From the human T2T-CHM13v2.0 reference genome, Homo sapiens: DNA of 64,000 nt. Of the stretch, positions 1 to 14,364 are shown in pieces. The DNA lies in the NCBI RefSeq assembly GCF_009914755.1, contig NC_060933.1; one strand, 5' to 3'. Every line of letters starts with the position of its first letter. The first letter of the stretch is position 1. A program made the translations under genes and the position numbers. The notes below the pieces were generated by a model. The model was given only the letters and a program-made list of their open reading frames with translations, had not been told where the DNA came from and ran no database searches.

Positions 1-510
1 TCTTCCATCTAAAAACTAACAAACTTATTTTGCACTTACTTTCCTCCTCCAGCTACCATACTGTTTTTCTCCTTTCCTTTATTACTCCAGGGTTTCTCAA
101 CCTCAACACTACCGACATTGTGGCTGGATAATTCTTTATCATACAAAGCTGTGCTATACACTGCAGGATGTCTAGCAGCATCCTGTGCCTTCACCCACTA
201 GAGACCAGTGGCACCCACCCTCCCCAGTGTCTAGACATTACCAAGTGTCTAGGGGGAAAAATCTCATTCCTCCAGTGACAAACCAATGATTTACATTAAG
301 ACCCTTCAAAATAGTTGTTTAAACTCATGTTCAAACTTTGCTCTTCTCTTTTTTGAGCCCACTCCAAATCAGCCTTTTACCTTCTCTTCTCCATAGAAAT
401 TAGTCATAGAAATCACGAATGACTTTCCTGTTGCTAAGTCCAATGATGGTTTCTCAATTCTCACTTTAGTCGATCTATTGGCAGTACATGACATGGTCAA
501 TTCCCCTCCG
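1..510 (+). mobile_element. L2 fragment interrupted by MER20
   Basis: L2-like motif 'aatgactttcctgttgctaagtccaatg...ttctcaattctcac'. Confidence 0.6.
88..288 (-). mobile_element. MER20 (hAT-Charlie MITE)
   Basis: Terminus cagggtttctcaacc and internal 'aggatgtctagcagcatcc...cacccactaga' match the reverse complement of MER20. Confidence 0.85.
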
Positions 511-1965
511 CCCCTTGTCCCTTCATAACTCCTCATTGATCACATTACTCCAGTTCTCAGAGTCAGAATCCCTTCTTTTAATTCCTGTAACCACAACTCT
601 AGCTGCCAGCAGTTCTGCTATCTGGGCATCTACAATTATAAAACCAACAAGTCCTTACTAGATTCCCATAACATGCCCAGGATATTATGTAGAGATGTTA
701 AGACGGCTAAGACCTGGGCCCTAACTGGCTTCTCAAATGCTGTTCATTCTACTCACAGCAAGATTGGTACACTGTAACCAACAATGACATCCAAAGGCTA
801 AGAAGCACTCAGATGAGAATGACATAGAACACGCATGATCAAAATTCACGTCAGAGATTCATCATCCCTCCCTTCTCCACAATATTTTATGTTTTCCTTT
901 CCCAAAACAGACAAAAATAGAACTTCAACATTTAATGGACAATTGGAGATTCCTTTGCATGAGTAAAAAGCCAAGCAGGATGCAATCTTCCAAGAAGAGT
1001 TTGAGGCAATACAAGAGTTCAGAGGATGAAGACTGGCACAGATGCCTCTCTACTAACCTCTACTTGCTTAAGTCACTAGGTAAAAAACCCATGGAGTCAA
1101 AAACATGCCTCTCACAGCAAACCCACTCCTCAGTGTGAGCCCTCCCTGTTGTCAAGCCTCTGTTACCACCTCTCACATGCAACCTCAAAATTCCCACTTC
1201 AGGTTTGGTTGTCTTCTTGTTAACAATGTTGCTTCCCTTCCTTACCTCCCTCCTTCTATACAAACTGCTCCTTGCCTTGCTTCATGTGTGTTCAAAGAAA
1301 AACCTCAAAGAACTGACTCTGATTCAGCTTCCGTCAATCCACAACTCTCATTACAGTGCAAGCAAAAGTGTGTTTTTCTATTTCCTTTAAATCTCTTTAG
1401 GGTGGCTAATGAAATAATAGGTGAACGCATTACCGTGGAGTTAAATGTTAACTGTAACACTAAGTGCAATAACTAAATTAATGCATTATTCATGATGGAA
1501 CACAATATACAATAAAATTGTTACCATGAGAATACTCTCTTTTAATTTCCTCACTTGAGAGGATAAAATATAAAAATGTGGTGACTTTTCCTTCTGTTTA
1601 AATTTTTTTTTATTCTAGCTCAAATACTAAAATATATTTTCAATTCCAAATTCAAATCAAACCACAACAAACTTGAAATCATAATATATAAAACATAAAG
1701 TCAGAAACCACATGTTCCCTCAACTATATGCTGTCACTAAAAGCCAGTGTACCTAGAGCGCTAGCAGAAGGCACTGAGGCTTCATTATGTAATAAAGGAT
1801 TAGAGGACACATCATCTGGAAACAACTATACCTTGAATTCTGAAACTGGCTAAATACATAAATCCTCGTGAAAAGAGCACAAGCTTCAAGGTAATCCAAA
1901 GCTGACTCCCCTGCTTGCTTGCCAAAGGGTCAGAAAAAGAAGTTAACTAATTTCATGCTGTCTGC

Positions 1966-2264
1966 TTTTTATTTTTTGAGACAGAGTCTTACTCTGTCGC
2001 CCAGGATAGAGTGCAGTGGCATAATCTCAGCTCACTTGCAACCTCCGCCTCCCAGGTTCAAGAAATTCTCAGGCCTCAGCCTCCCGAGTAGCTGGGATTA
2101 CAGGCTTGTGCCACCACGCCCAGCTAAGTTTTGTATTTTTAGTAGAGATGGGGTTTCACCATGTTAGCCAGGCTGGTCTCTAACTCCTGACCTCAGGTGA
2201 TTCGCTCACCTCGGCCTCCCAAAGTGCTGGGATTACAGGCACTCATGAGCCACTGTGCCCAGCC
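1966..2264 (-). mobile_element. AluS
   Basis: Full dimer; TSD TCATGCTGTCT at 1953-1963 and 2265-2275. Confidence 0.95.
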
Positions 2265-2438
2265 TCATGCTGTCTTCTTCACTCAACTATTTTTCTTGAC
2301 TGAATGAAATTGGTAAAACAGATATAAATATTTGAAAACAGTAATATGGAATGTGTAATGTTTTTGCCTCAAATGTGATAAAGAGAACAAAAAAAGGTTA
2401 CTTGATCATTATAAATCGATTAGCTGAATATTTGGTAC

Positions 2439-2562
2439 CAGCAGGTGGAGTATATTCCTCTTCAGTCATTTGCCAGGCATCTCGGGCAGCCACAGAACTA
2501 GTTCCTATTGCAGCACTGGTAATGGCTTCGCCAATAGTGAACTGAAGTTCTATCTGCTTGGC
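2439..2562 (-). CDS. ECPAS: ECPAS coding exon, 124 nt ([15 protein letters not shown]...EYTPPAG)
   Basis: CAG acceptor; weak CTG|GTACCA donor placed from the recalled protein continuation (PPAG|AKV). Confidence 0.9.
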
Positions 2563-2899
2563 CTGCAACGAAGGAAGTAAAAACCATGAATGAGAAAACA
2601 CATTTCCCAAAAACATCCATTTCTACAGAAAGCCTGCTTAAAAGTGTGGTTCTGAGCATGTTTTGTTTTCACTCTTTGCCCTAGTTTGCTTTCGGCTAAT
2701 TCAATGGCTCAAAGGCCAGGGATGGTGAGGGAGTGGAGGATATAAGAATCCCTTGAAGATATTTTTCAAAGTCTTTGCTGCCCTCCTCACCCTCAGTAGA
2801 GAACCACTAAGCAGTGATTTATGATCTCTGGAAGCATAATATGGTTCACCTAAGGAAGACAGAAAACCCCATCAACTTTGAAGCCATGTAAGTCTCAAT

Positions 2900-3095
2900 A
2901 TAAATTCTAGCTATCTCTCACCACCTATAAACCCTTATTTAAACTTCTATGAGCCTCAAAAACTTCATTTGTAAAAGGGGCATAATATCGTCATCCACAG
3001 CATTAGGCTTTAAGAATTAAATGAGGTTAATGTACATAAAACTATTATATAGGATGCTTGATTGTGGTTACTCCACAATAAATAGTAGCCATTAT
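2900..3095 (+). mobile_element. MIR
   Basis: MIR core 'gagcctc...catttgtaaaagggg...aattaaatgag'. Confidence 0.7.
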
Positions 3096-3972
3096 ATTTT
3101 ATTAACATTTATTTAACAATTATTTAACTCTTTGCACTCTTAAATTATATGATATCTTGATGTTACTTTTAAGTGGCTCAGAAAAAAGAGAATAATAAAG
3201 CATATGTGAAATGTTAAAATTTGGTAAATCTGGATAAAGGGCACACAGGAGTTCTTTACACTATTCTTACAGCTTCACTGTAAGTTTGAAAGCATTTCAA
3301 AAGTCAAACATTAGAAAATTCTATATAGTACCCACTCAAGTGTTTTAAAATTTTATTCAGAAATGTTGACATGATTCACTAGTAGGAGTCACTGACCCAA
3401 CATGTAACTACCTAGACCTGCATTTTCCACTTTTTACTGTGAACCGGAAGAAATTTAGGAGGAAAAGGAGAAATAAGGGAATGAACAGACAGCATGTGAG
3501 GGCTATAAACACGCTACTCTTCAAAGCACAAAGACAACAGCTGAGACTTTCCTACGCCAATCAACAAACGCTCTAGTTGTGATGAGGCATCACGTACTAA
3601 TGCCACAAGCTTCCTAGTCTGAGGAAAAAAGATTTAAAGGCTTTAGTCCTACAGCTTCCCTGGTTAAAAGCTTCTCTTGGCAACTTCAAGCTGAAAAAAG
3701 GTATTTCAACATAATCCTTATTAGGGGTTCATTTTATGTACCTGTACCTGTTTTTGCATGTTTCCTGTAGTTAATAACAACACAGCTGGCATGAAAAACA
3801 AAAACAAAACTCCACAGCTACATTTATGAATAATATACTATCTGGACATTGCTGTAAATAATCCAGAAATAAAGGGGGGTTCAATAGAGAAAATATGAAC
3901 AGATACATGGGGATTCATTATATTATTATTCTATTTTTGTGTATGTTTGAAATTTCCTATAATAAAAAGTTA

Positions 3973-4616
<644 letters not shown>

Positions 4617-6595
4617 CCCAACAGAATCTCATCCCCTCCCCATCTAATGCAGGAACATCAAACTGAACTATCCACCAAAAAAGCACCTTCATAAAAACTA
4701 AATCAGGTGAGACATCACAGTACCTGGCTTCAGCATAATAACAAGAGGAGACTGACTGAATAGAGTGGGAAGTACACACTGCCTACACCACCCCTCCCCG
4801 AGTCCCAGGCAGCACAGCTTGGAAAGAGAACCTGTGTGCTTGGGTGAAGCAGAGCAAAATGAGTGTGATACTTCACATTGCAACTCAGTGCCACCCGGTC
4901 ACAGCATCAGGCAGAATTCTGCCAGTGCCCAAGGAGGGAGCACTTAGACCAAATCTGGGCCAGAGGGGAATCAGCTTCTTCACTGAGAGGAACCCAAGTC
5001 AGCTGACTAAAATGGCCTCAGGCCCACAAATAAATTTCACCAGCGGCTAGACCACACTTGGAGGGAGGAAAAGCAAAAATACAGAAGACTTTGTCTCGCA
5101 ACCAGGCACCAGCCCACCCACAATAAAACAAAGGACCAGGCAGAGTCCGAAAGCCCCACTTCCAGGATGCTGCTGTGGAAGAGCACTTCTAGACCCACCC
5201 CAGGCAAGAAGGGAATCTGCTCATGTGGCATGAACAACCTAAGTCCCAAGTCCTGGTTGGCTCCAACACCTGCTGACTAAAGCAGCCTCATCTTTGAAAA
5301 AGCATCAGCGGCAGTCAGGTGGCCACAGGCCTTGGGTGAGCCCTGGTACTGTGCTGGTCTGGGAGGCCATGGGCTTTGGGTGTAACCCAGCATGGTGCTA
5401 GCTGCTGTGGCCACAGGAGTGCCCACATTACCCTCCCCTAACTTCAGGCAGCTTATTGTGGAGAGACACTCCCTCTACCTGGGGGAGAGAGAGGGAAGAG
5501 AGCAAGAAACTTTGCCTGGGAACCCAGAGAATGTTCCCTTATCTTCCCCAAGTCCATCAATGCTGGGTATCTAGGTATCTGTAAGAGTTGCAGCACACCT
5601 GGGCTTAGGGTGCCCTCTAGTGCTGAAACAACTGCAGTGACCACAGGCTTAGGGAACTCAACACTCAGTCATATTTGAATTCTTGGAAGGCCCTCTGAAG
5701 GACAGGTACAAACAAGGCCAGACTGTGAAGACTGGAATAAATATTTAACTCTTCAATGCCCAAACACTGACGAATGTTCACAAGCATCGAGGACATTTGA
5801 GAAAACATGTTCGAAAAAACATTCACCCTAAACAAACAGACTAAGCAGGCACCAGTGACCAATCCTGGAGTGGTGTAGATATGTGACCTCTCAGACAGGG
5901 AATTCAAGATAGCTGTTTTAAGAATGCTTAACAACTTCAAGAAAACATGGAGAAGGAATTCAGAAACTTATAAGAGAAATTTAGTAAAGAGATTAAAATG
6001 GGGGAAAAAAATCAAATCTTAGAGCTGAAAAATATAATGGATGACTGAAAAATGCTTCAGTGTGTCTCAACAGCAGAACTGATCAAGTAGAAGAAAGAAT
6101 TAGTGAGCTCTGAGACAGGCTACTTGAAAACACACAGTCAGAGGAAAAAAATGCAGAAGAATGAGATACACTTACAAGATCTGGAAAACAGCTTCAAAGA
6201 GGCTAAGAGTTATTTGCCTTAAAGAGGAAACAGAGAAAGAAACAGGTTAGAAAGTTTATTCAAAGAAATAATCAAAAGAAAACTTTCAGAACCTAGAAAA
6301 AGATGAACACCCAGGTAAAAGAAGGTCAAAGAACACCAAGAAAATTCAATCCAATTAAGATTACCCCAAGGCATATAATAAACTCGCAAAGGTCATGGAT
6401 GAAGAGAGGATCCTCAAAGTACCAAGAGAAAAGAAGCAAGTAAGATATAAAGGAGCTCTGATACGTCTGGTGACAGAAACCTTACAGGCCAGGAGGGAGT
6501 GAAATAACATATTCAAAGTGCTAAAAGTAAGAAAGAAAGAAAGAAAAAAATCCTTGCAACTGAGAATACTGTACCCAGCAAAGCTATCCTTCAAA

Positions 6596-7669
6596 TATCA
6601 GGGGAACCAGCCCCCAATATTTCAATGTAGGTTCTTTTCTATTTTCCCTAAGTGTCGGTTGGTCTGAGAAATAGAAAGAGTAAAAAGAGAGAAATTTTAC
6701 AGCTGGGCCTGCGGGGGTGCCGTCACATATTGGTAGGACCGTGATGGCGACCTTGAGCCGCAAAACCAGCAAGTTTTTATTAGGGATTTTGAAAGGGGAG
6801 GGGGGTGTACAAACAGGGAGTAAGTCACAAAGATCACATGCTTCAAAGGGCAATAAAAGATCACAAGGCAAGGGCAAAATTAGAATTACTGATGAGGGTC
6901 TGTGTCCCGCTGTGCACACATTGTCTTGATAAACATTTTAGCAGGAAACAGGGTTTGAGAGCAGACAATTAGTCTGACTAGAATTCACCAGGCTGGAATT
7001 TCCCAATCCTAGCAAGCCTGAGGGCACTGCAGGAGACCAGGGCATATTTCAGTCCTTATCTCAACCACATAAGACAGACGCTCCCAGAGTAGCCATTCAT
7101 AGACCTCCCGCCAGGAATGCATTCCTTCCCCAGGGTCTCAATTATTAATATTCCTTGCTGGGAAAAGAATTAAGTGATACTTCTCCTGCTCACACATCTG
7201 TCTACAGGCTTTCTGCAAGAAGAAAAATATGGCTCTATTCTGCCCGACCCTGCAGGCAGTCAGACCTTACGGTTATCTTTCCTTGTTCCCTGAAAATCAC
7301 TGTTATTCTGTTCTTTTTCAGCGTGCACTGATTTCATATTGTTCAAACACACGTTTTACAAACAATTTATACAGTTAACACAATCATCACAGGGTCCTGA
7401 CATACATCCTCAGCTTACAATGATGATGGGATTAAGAGATAAAGTAAAGACAGGCATAAGAAATTATAAGAGGATTGATTGAGGAAGTGATAAATGTCCA
7501 TGAAATCTTCACAATTTATGTTCAGAGACTGCAGTAAAGACAGGCATAAGAAATTATAAAAGTATTAATTTTGGGAACTGATAAGTGTTCATGAAATCTT
7601 CACAATTTATGTTCTTCTGCCACAGCTTCAGCCGGTCCCTCCACTTGGGGTCCCTGACTTCCCACAACA
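6596..7669 (-). mobile_element. MER11 (MER11C-like, HERV-K11/HML-8) solo LTR
   Basis: Minus strand starts TGTTGTGGGAAGTCAGGGACCCC and ends GGTTCCCCTGATA; 1074 bp; perfect 6-bp TSD TTCAAA (6590-6595, 7670-7675); internal ~90-bp duplication at 7443-7614. Confidence 0.9.
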
Positions 7670-8479
7670 TTCAAATATAAAGGATAAATGAAGACTTTCC
7701 TGGGTAAACAAAAGATGAGGGAATTCACTACCACCAGATGTGTCTTACAAAAAATGCTACAGTTCTTCAATCTGAAAGAAAAGAATTCTAGCATGCAACA
7801 AAAAATGTAAATACACAGACAAATTCAAAATACTCTAATACTTTATAGAGTATTCTAAAGATACTAAAGACACTCTAATACTGCATTTAAAGATACTCTA
7901 ATATTGTGGAGTATTAAGAGTATCTTTGTATTAGAGTATCTTCAGTATCCTTATCTAATACTCCATAGAATCTTTAGTATGAAGACTAAAACATAAACTT
8001 TTCAAAAATAATGACCACAACAATTTGTTGAAAGACTGGCAATATAAAAAGATACAAGTTGAGAAAACAAAGAGCCAAAAAATGGGGGTACTGGAATTAA
8101 AACAGAGTTTTTAAGTTTTTTCTTTGCTTGTTTTTGTTCTTTTCTTGTGATCAAAGTGAAGTTGTCATCAAACTTGTTATATTTTCTGAACCCCTTAGGG
8201 AAACCACAACTCAAAAAAGTCTAAACAGATAAACTAAAAATAAAAAGTAAAACATACTATGAGAAAAAATCATTTATCCACAAAGGAAGACAGAAAGAAA
8301 AAAAGAGAGGACTTCCAAAACAACCAGAAAACAAAAAACAAACTGGCAGTAGTTAAGTCTTTACCTAACAATAATAAACTGACTGTTGATGGACTAACTT
8401 ATCTGATTAAAAGATACAGAATGGCTCAATGAATAAGAAAACAAGACCAACTATATGCTGCCTACAAGAAATTCACTTT

Positions 8480-8782
8480 GGCTGGGCACGGTGGCTCACA
8501 CCTGTAATCCTAACACTTTGGGAGGCCACAGTGGGCAGATCACTTGAGGTCAGGGGTTCAAGACCAGCCTGGCCAACATGGCAAAACCCCATCTCTACTG
8601 AAAAAAAAAAAAAAAAAAAAATTAGCTGGGCATGGTGGCTTGTGCCTGTAGGCCCAGCTACTTAGGAGGCTGAGGCAGGAGAATCTCTTGAACCCAGGAG
8701 GTGGAGGCTGCACTGAGCTGAGATTGCTGCACTCCAGCCTGGGCAATGGAGCGAGACTCCATCTCCGAAAGAAAAAAAAAAA
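8480..8782 (+). mobile_element. AluS with the middle A-tract expanded to A21
   Basis: Alu dimer inside L1 ORF2. Confidence 0.93.
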
Positions 8783-9827
8783 GACTTCACCTATAAAGAC
8801 ACAAATAGATTGAAGGTAAAGGTATGAAAAAGATACTTCCATGCAAATGAAAACCAAAAAAGAATAGAAGTAACTATACTTGCATCAGATAAAATAGATT
8901 TCAAGTCAAAAACTAGAAAAAGACCTAGGTCATTACATAATGATAAAGGGCTCAATTCAGCAAGAGCATATAAAGGTTATAAATATATATGCAAACACTA
9001 TTGGAGCACTCAAACGTATAAAGCATAATAGATTTATTAAAGGGAGAGACAGACTGCAACACAATAATAGCTGAAGACTGACTTCAACACCCCACTTTCA
9101 ATAATGGACAGGTCATTCAGACAGAAAATCAAACAACCCAAATCAAAACTGAACTACACTCTAGACAAAATGGACCTGACATTTACAGAACATTTCATCC
9201 AACTGCTATAGAATACACGTTTTCTCATCAGCACATGGAACATTTTCCAGGATAGACCATATGTTAGACCACAAAGCAAGTCTCAAGCAATTCAAAAAAA
9301 ATCCAAATCATATCAAGTATCTTTTCTGACCATAATGGAATAAAACTAGAAATCAGTAATAAGTAGAACTTTGGAAACTACAGAAATACATGGAAATTAA
9401 ACAACACGTTCCTGAACAACCAATGGATCTATGAAAAAATTAAGAAAGAAAAATTTAAAATTTCTTGATAAAAAAGAAAATAAAAACACAACATACCAAA
9501 ATCTATGGGATACAGCAAAAGCAGTGCTAAGTGGGAATTTTATAGTAATAAAAGTACAAAGTACAGAAAAGTACAAAGACTTCAAATAAACAACATAATG
9601 ATGCACTTTAAAGAACTAGAAAAGCAAAAGCAAAGCAAACCCAAAATTAATAAAGGAAAGAAATAATAAAATTCAGAACAGAAGTAAATGAAATTGAGAC
9701 TAAAAAAACTACAGAAGTTTAATGAAATGAAAAACTGGGTTCTTTAAAAGATAAACAAAAAAATTATTAGAACTGATAAAGTAAGTTACAGGATACAAAA
9801 TCAACATACAAACAGTTGCATTATATG

Positions 9828-10163
9828 TGATATGCTTTGGATTTGTGTCCCTGCCCAAATCTCATGACTGAATCGTAATCCCCAATGTTGGAGGAGAGGC
9901 CTGGTGGGGGGGTGACTGGATCTTGGGGGTGGACTTCCCCCTTACTGTTCTGACAGGGAGCGTGTAGCACCTCCCGCTTTGTTATTTTTCTCCTGCTCCT
10001 GCCATGTAAGACATGCCTGCTTCCTCTTCGCCTTCTGCCAAGATTGTAAGTTTCCTGAGGCCTTCCCAGCCATGCTTACTGTACAGCCTGCAGAACTGTG
10101 AGTCAATCAAACCTGTTTTCTTTATAAGTTACCCACTTATAGCAGTGCGAGAACAGACTAATA
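9828..10163 (+). mobile_element. MSTA-like MaLR LTR
   Basis: Starts tgatatgctttggatttgtgtccc, contains 'gattgtaagtttcctgaggcc', ends 'gaacagactaata'. Confidence 0.85.
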
Positions 10164-12034
10164 TGCCAACGGCAAACAATCTGAAAAAGAAGTCAAGAAA
10201 GCAATCCTGCTTATAATAGCTACCAAAAAAAAAAAAAAAAAAAAAAACCTAGGGATAAATTATAACCAAAGAAGCAAAAGATCTCTGTACTGAAAACTAT
10301 AAAACATTGATGAAAAAAATTAAAAAGAACACACAAAAGAGAAGACATAGCCCATGTTCATGGATTGAAATCGTATTATTAAAATTTCCATACTACCAAA
10401 AACGATCTACAGATTCAATATAATCCCTATCAAAATATCAATGACGTTCATCAAAGCAGAACTAGAAAAACAATCCTAAAATTGCTATGAAACCACCAAA
10501 GACCCTGAATAATGAGCAAGAAATACTGAGCAAAAAGAATAAAGCCAGAGGCATTGCATTACCTGACTTCAAAATATATTACAAAGCTATGGTAAGCAAA
10601 ACAGCATGAAACTGGCATAAAAACAGACACATACACCAATGGAACAGAATAGAGAACCCAAAGATAAATCTACTGATTTACAGTCAACTCATTTTCAACA
10701 AAGGCATCAAGAACATATATTGAGGAAGGAACAGTCTCTTCAATAAGTTGTGCTGGAAAAACTAGATATCCACATGTAGAATAATGAAACTGGGCCCCTT
10801 TGTCTCACCATATCAAACCAAAATGGACTTAAATCTAAGACCTGAATTACAAGACTACTATAAAAAAACACTGGAGAAACACTTCAGGATACTGGTCTGG
10901 GCATAGATTTCTCAAGATCATAAAAGCACAGACAACTAAAGCAAAAATTGACAAATGGGATTATATCAAGCTAAAAAGCTTCTGCACAGCAAAGGAAACA
11001 TCCAACAGAGTGAAGAGACAACCTATGGCATAGACGAAAATATCTGCAAATTATCCATCTGACAAGAGATTAAAATACACAATAAGTAAGGAATTCAACT
11101 CAATAGCAAATAAACAATCTGATTTGAAAAGGGACAAAAGATCTGAATACAGTTATTTCTCAAAAAAAGGTATATAAATGGCCAATAGGTATACAACAAA
11201 AAGTCTGGCATCACTGATCATGATAGAAATACAGAGAAAAACCACAATGAGATCTCATCTCACCCTAGTTAGAACAGCCATTATCAAGAAGACAGAAAAC
11301 AACAGCTGATAGTCAGAATGTGAAGAAAGGGGAACATTCATACACTGTTGGTGGGAAAACAGTATGAAGGTTCCTCAAAAAACTAAAAATAGAACTATCA
11401 TATAACCCAGCAATCCCAGTATGTATCCTGAGTATATATCCAGAAGAAAGAAAATCTGTATTCTGAAGAGGTATTTGTGCTCCAATGTTTACTGCAGCAC
11501 TATTAACAATAGCCAAAACAAGAAATCAAGCTAAGTGTCCAGCAACAGATGAATGGATTTTTTAAAAGTGGTATATATACACAATGGAATATTATTCAGC
11601 CATAAAAAATAATGAAATCCTGTTGCTGACGGCAACATAGATGGAACCGGAGGACATTATATTTAGCAAAAATAAGCCAGGCACAGAGCAAATATCCTAT
11701 GTTCTCACTTGTATGTGAGAAAACTGATCTCATGGAAGTAGTGAACAAATGGTGGTTACCAGAGGCCAGGAAAGGTACTGGAGAACGGGGAAAGAGAGCT
11801 TGGCTAATGGGAACTAAAATACAGTTACAAAAATTAAGTTTTAGTGTTTGGCAGCACAACAGGGCAACAATAGTTAATAAGAATTTATTGTATATTTCAA
11901 AATAGCAAGAAGGGAAAATCTGACATGCTCCAAACACAAAGAAATGATAAATGCTTAAAATGATGGATATCCCAATTACCCTAATTTGATCATTACACAT
12001 TGTATGCTTGTATCAATTTAAAAAATTAAAAATG

Positions 12035-12316
12035 GGCGAGGCACAGTGGCTTATGTCTGTAATCCTAGCATTTTGGGAGATCCAGGTGGGAGGATCACTT
12101 GAGCCCAGGAGTTCAAGACCACCCTAGGCCACACAGGGATACCCTGTCTCTATAAAAAATTAAAATATTAGCCAGGCATGGTGGCGCATGCCTGTGGTCC
12201 CAGCTGCTTAGGAGGTGAGGTGGGAGGATGGTTTGAGCCTGGGAGATGTAATGTACTCCAGCCTTGGTGAGAGAATGAGATCCTATTGTAAAAATAAAAT
12301 AAATAAAAAATAAAAA
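12035..12316 (+). mobile_element. AluJ in the L1 A tail
   Basis: AluJ-type 'ggatcacttgagcccaggag'; internal deletion in the right arm. Confidence 0.9.
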
Positions 12317-12516
12317 CAGTTAAAAGAAACCAAAAAAACCTTCAGCACTGTGTCCTATTCGACTGTGAAGATATTCTGCTTCCGTTTCATGCTTTTCATT
12401 ATTCTCATCATTTAATCTCTCTACCTTATTTCCATATTTCTAGCTTTTCATGTATTTCTAAACTCTTAAAATAATGGCATTAAAAGTAAGTTAAGAATCC
12501 AGACGAGCCTTCATTA

Positions 12517-12856
<340 letters not shown>

Positions 12857-13987
12857 CTAGAAGAAACCCACCTCACTCAGGGATTCAAAAAAGGAAAAAG
12901 ATGAGAAAACCACTATCATAAGTTTCTCTCCAAGTGGTTACAATGTTAATGACATCCCAGGAGACGTAGATTGTCTAAAAAAATTCACTTTAAAAATACT
13001 GAATTCAGAATCCAGACTAATAGCAACTCTCTTACTCGGGTGCCTCAGCCCTTAGCCTCAATTATCTCTTCTCCCTCCCATCATTTAAGGCCCAGCAGAA
13101 ACCTCTCCTCCAAAGACATACACTAACTCTTCCTGATAGAATTACACCTTCCTTTGTGATTCTACTGCCTTACATGCAAATGTCTCTTCATCCGGTTACT
13201 TAGTCTGCCAATATTTACTGAGGTCCTACTATTACCAATCACACTGCTAGGCACTTGTTTTACAACGGTAAGCAAAACAGAGTCTGCATTCAGTCTGGTG
13301 GGCCATTAGAAACTGTGATAAATGCTGTGAAGAAAAAGAACAAGAGACATGATGGCACAAGTAACTAAAGAATCTACCCTAGTATGATGGGTCAGGGAAG
13401 GCTTTTCAAGGAGCACAGCAACAAGCCGAGAAGGAAGTAGGCGGCTTTCAAAAGCTCAGTGCAAGGCGGCCAAAGAGGCTGGTATACAGAAAGTGAGTGA
13501 ATGTCATGAATCAAGGCTAGGAAAAGCAGGGCCAGATCAGGCCATGCTGAGATACTTAGTACAGTATCTTGGCATTTGCCTACTTGTAGGTCTTCTCCAC
13601 TACACACTAGGCATCTAGAGGACAGAAGCTAAATCATCAGACTTGAAAACAACTGAAATACCAACTGAAACACTCAAGAACTACTGTTTTTTAGTGGCTC
13701 ACTCCACACATCTGGCTGACGGGCTATGTGGATATGTTTCCCCTTCTACCCACACTGCACCGCACTTTGCTCAAAAATTTTAAGAAAAGGTCTTTCCCTC
13801 ATAGGTGATTTAGTCAATGCTATACCTAGCACAGTGATGAGCACAAAACTAGTACTCAAGTATCTGGTGAATAAACAAGTAAATGCTTAATTAAAAATCT
13901 CACAGCATGCAAAACTGCACCTAAAAAAAAAAAAAAGACCAATGCCTTTTCTCTGAATAACTAACAATCAGGTAGCAATATAAATAC

Positions 13988-14089
13988 CTCCACAGAATCC
14001 ATCAGACCTTGCAAGAGGAGTTTCTGGTGAGGAAAATCTCCATCCCCAACTGGAAAATATCCCAGTGTTTGGATTGCTCGTTCTTTCAT
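13988..14089 (-). CDS. ECPAS: ECPAS coding exon, 102 nt ([16 protein letters not shown]...MDSVE)
   Basis: CAG acceptor, GAG|GTATTT donor, phase 0->0. Confidence 0.96.
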
Positions 14090-14364
14090 CTGGAAGAACA
14101 CCAAATTTTTTTCTTTTAAACAGAGTATATAATAGCTTTACCCCAGTGCAGTATTTCCAAAATGAGATGACAGGGAAGCGCAGTCTATCTAACACATCAA
14201 CGCAAAAGTTTTTACAAAAGCATCAAATTTTACAGTCGTATGTCTGTAAGTCATTGAAGGTAGAAACACACAAATGTGAGTCCACTAAGGATCCACAGCT
14301 GCAAAAGAAGAAGGAAGAAAGCCTTTAACTAGGCTTATTACCTTTCAAACTATAACGATTTAAA

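Noticed and set aside
3579-3622. GTGATGA...CTGA, C/D-box-like pair
   Set aside because: Only about 44 nt long, antisense to the host gene and without a terminal stem.
7443-7614. ~90-bp tandem duplication
   Set aside because: As I recall, this is an intrinsic feature of the MER11 consensus, not locus-specific.
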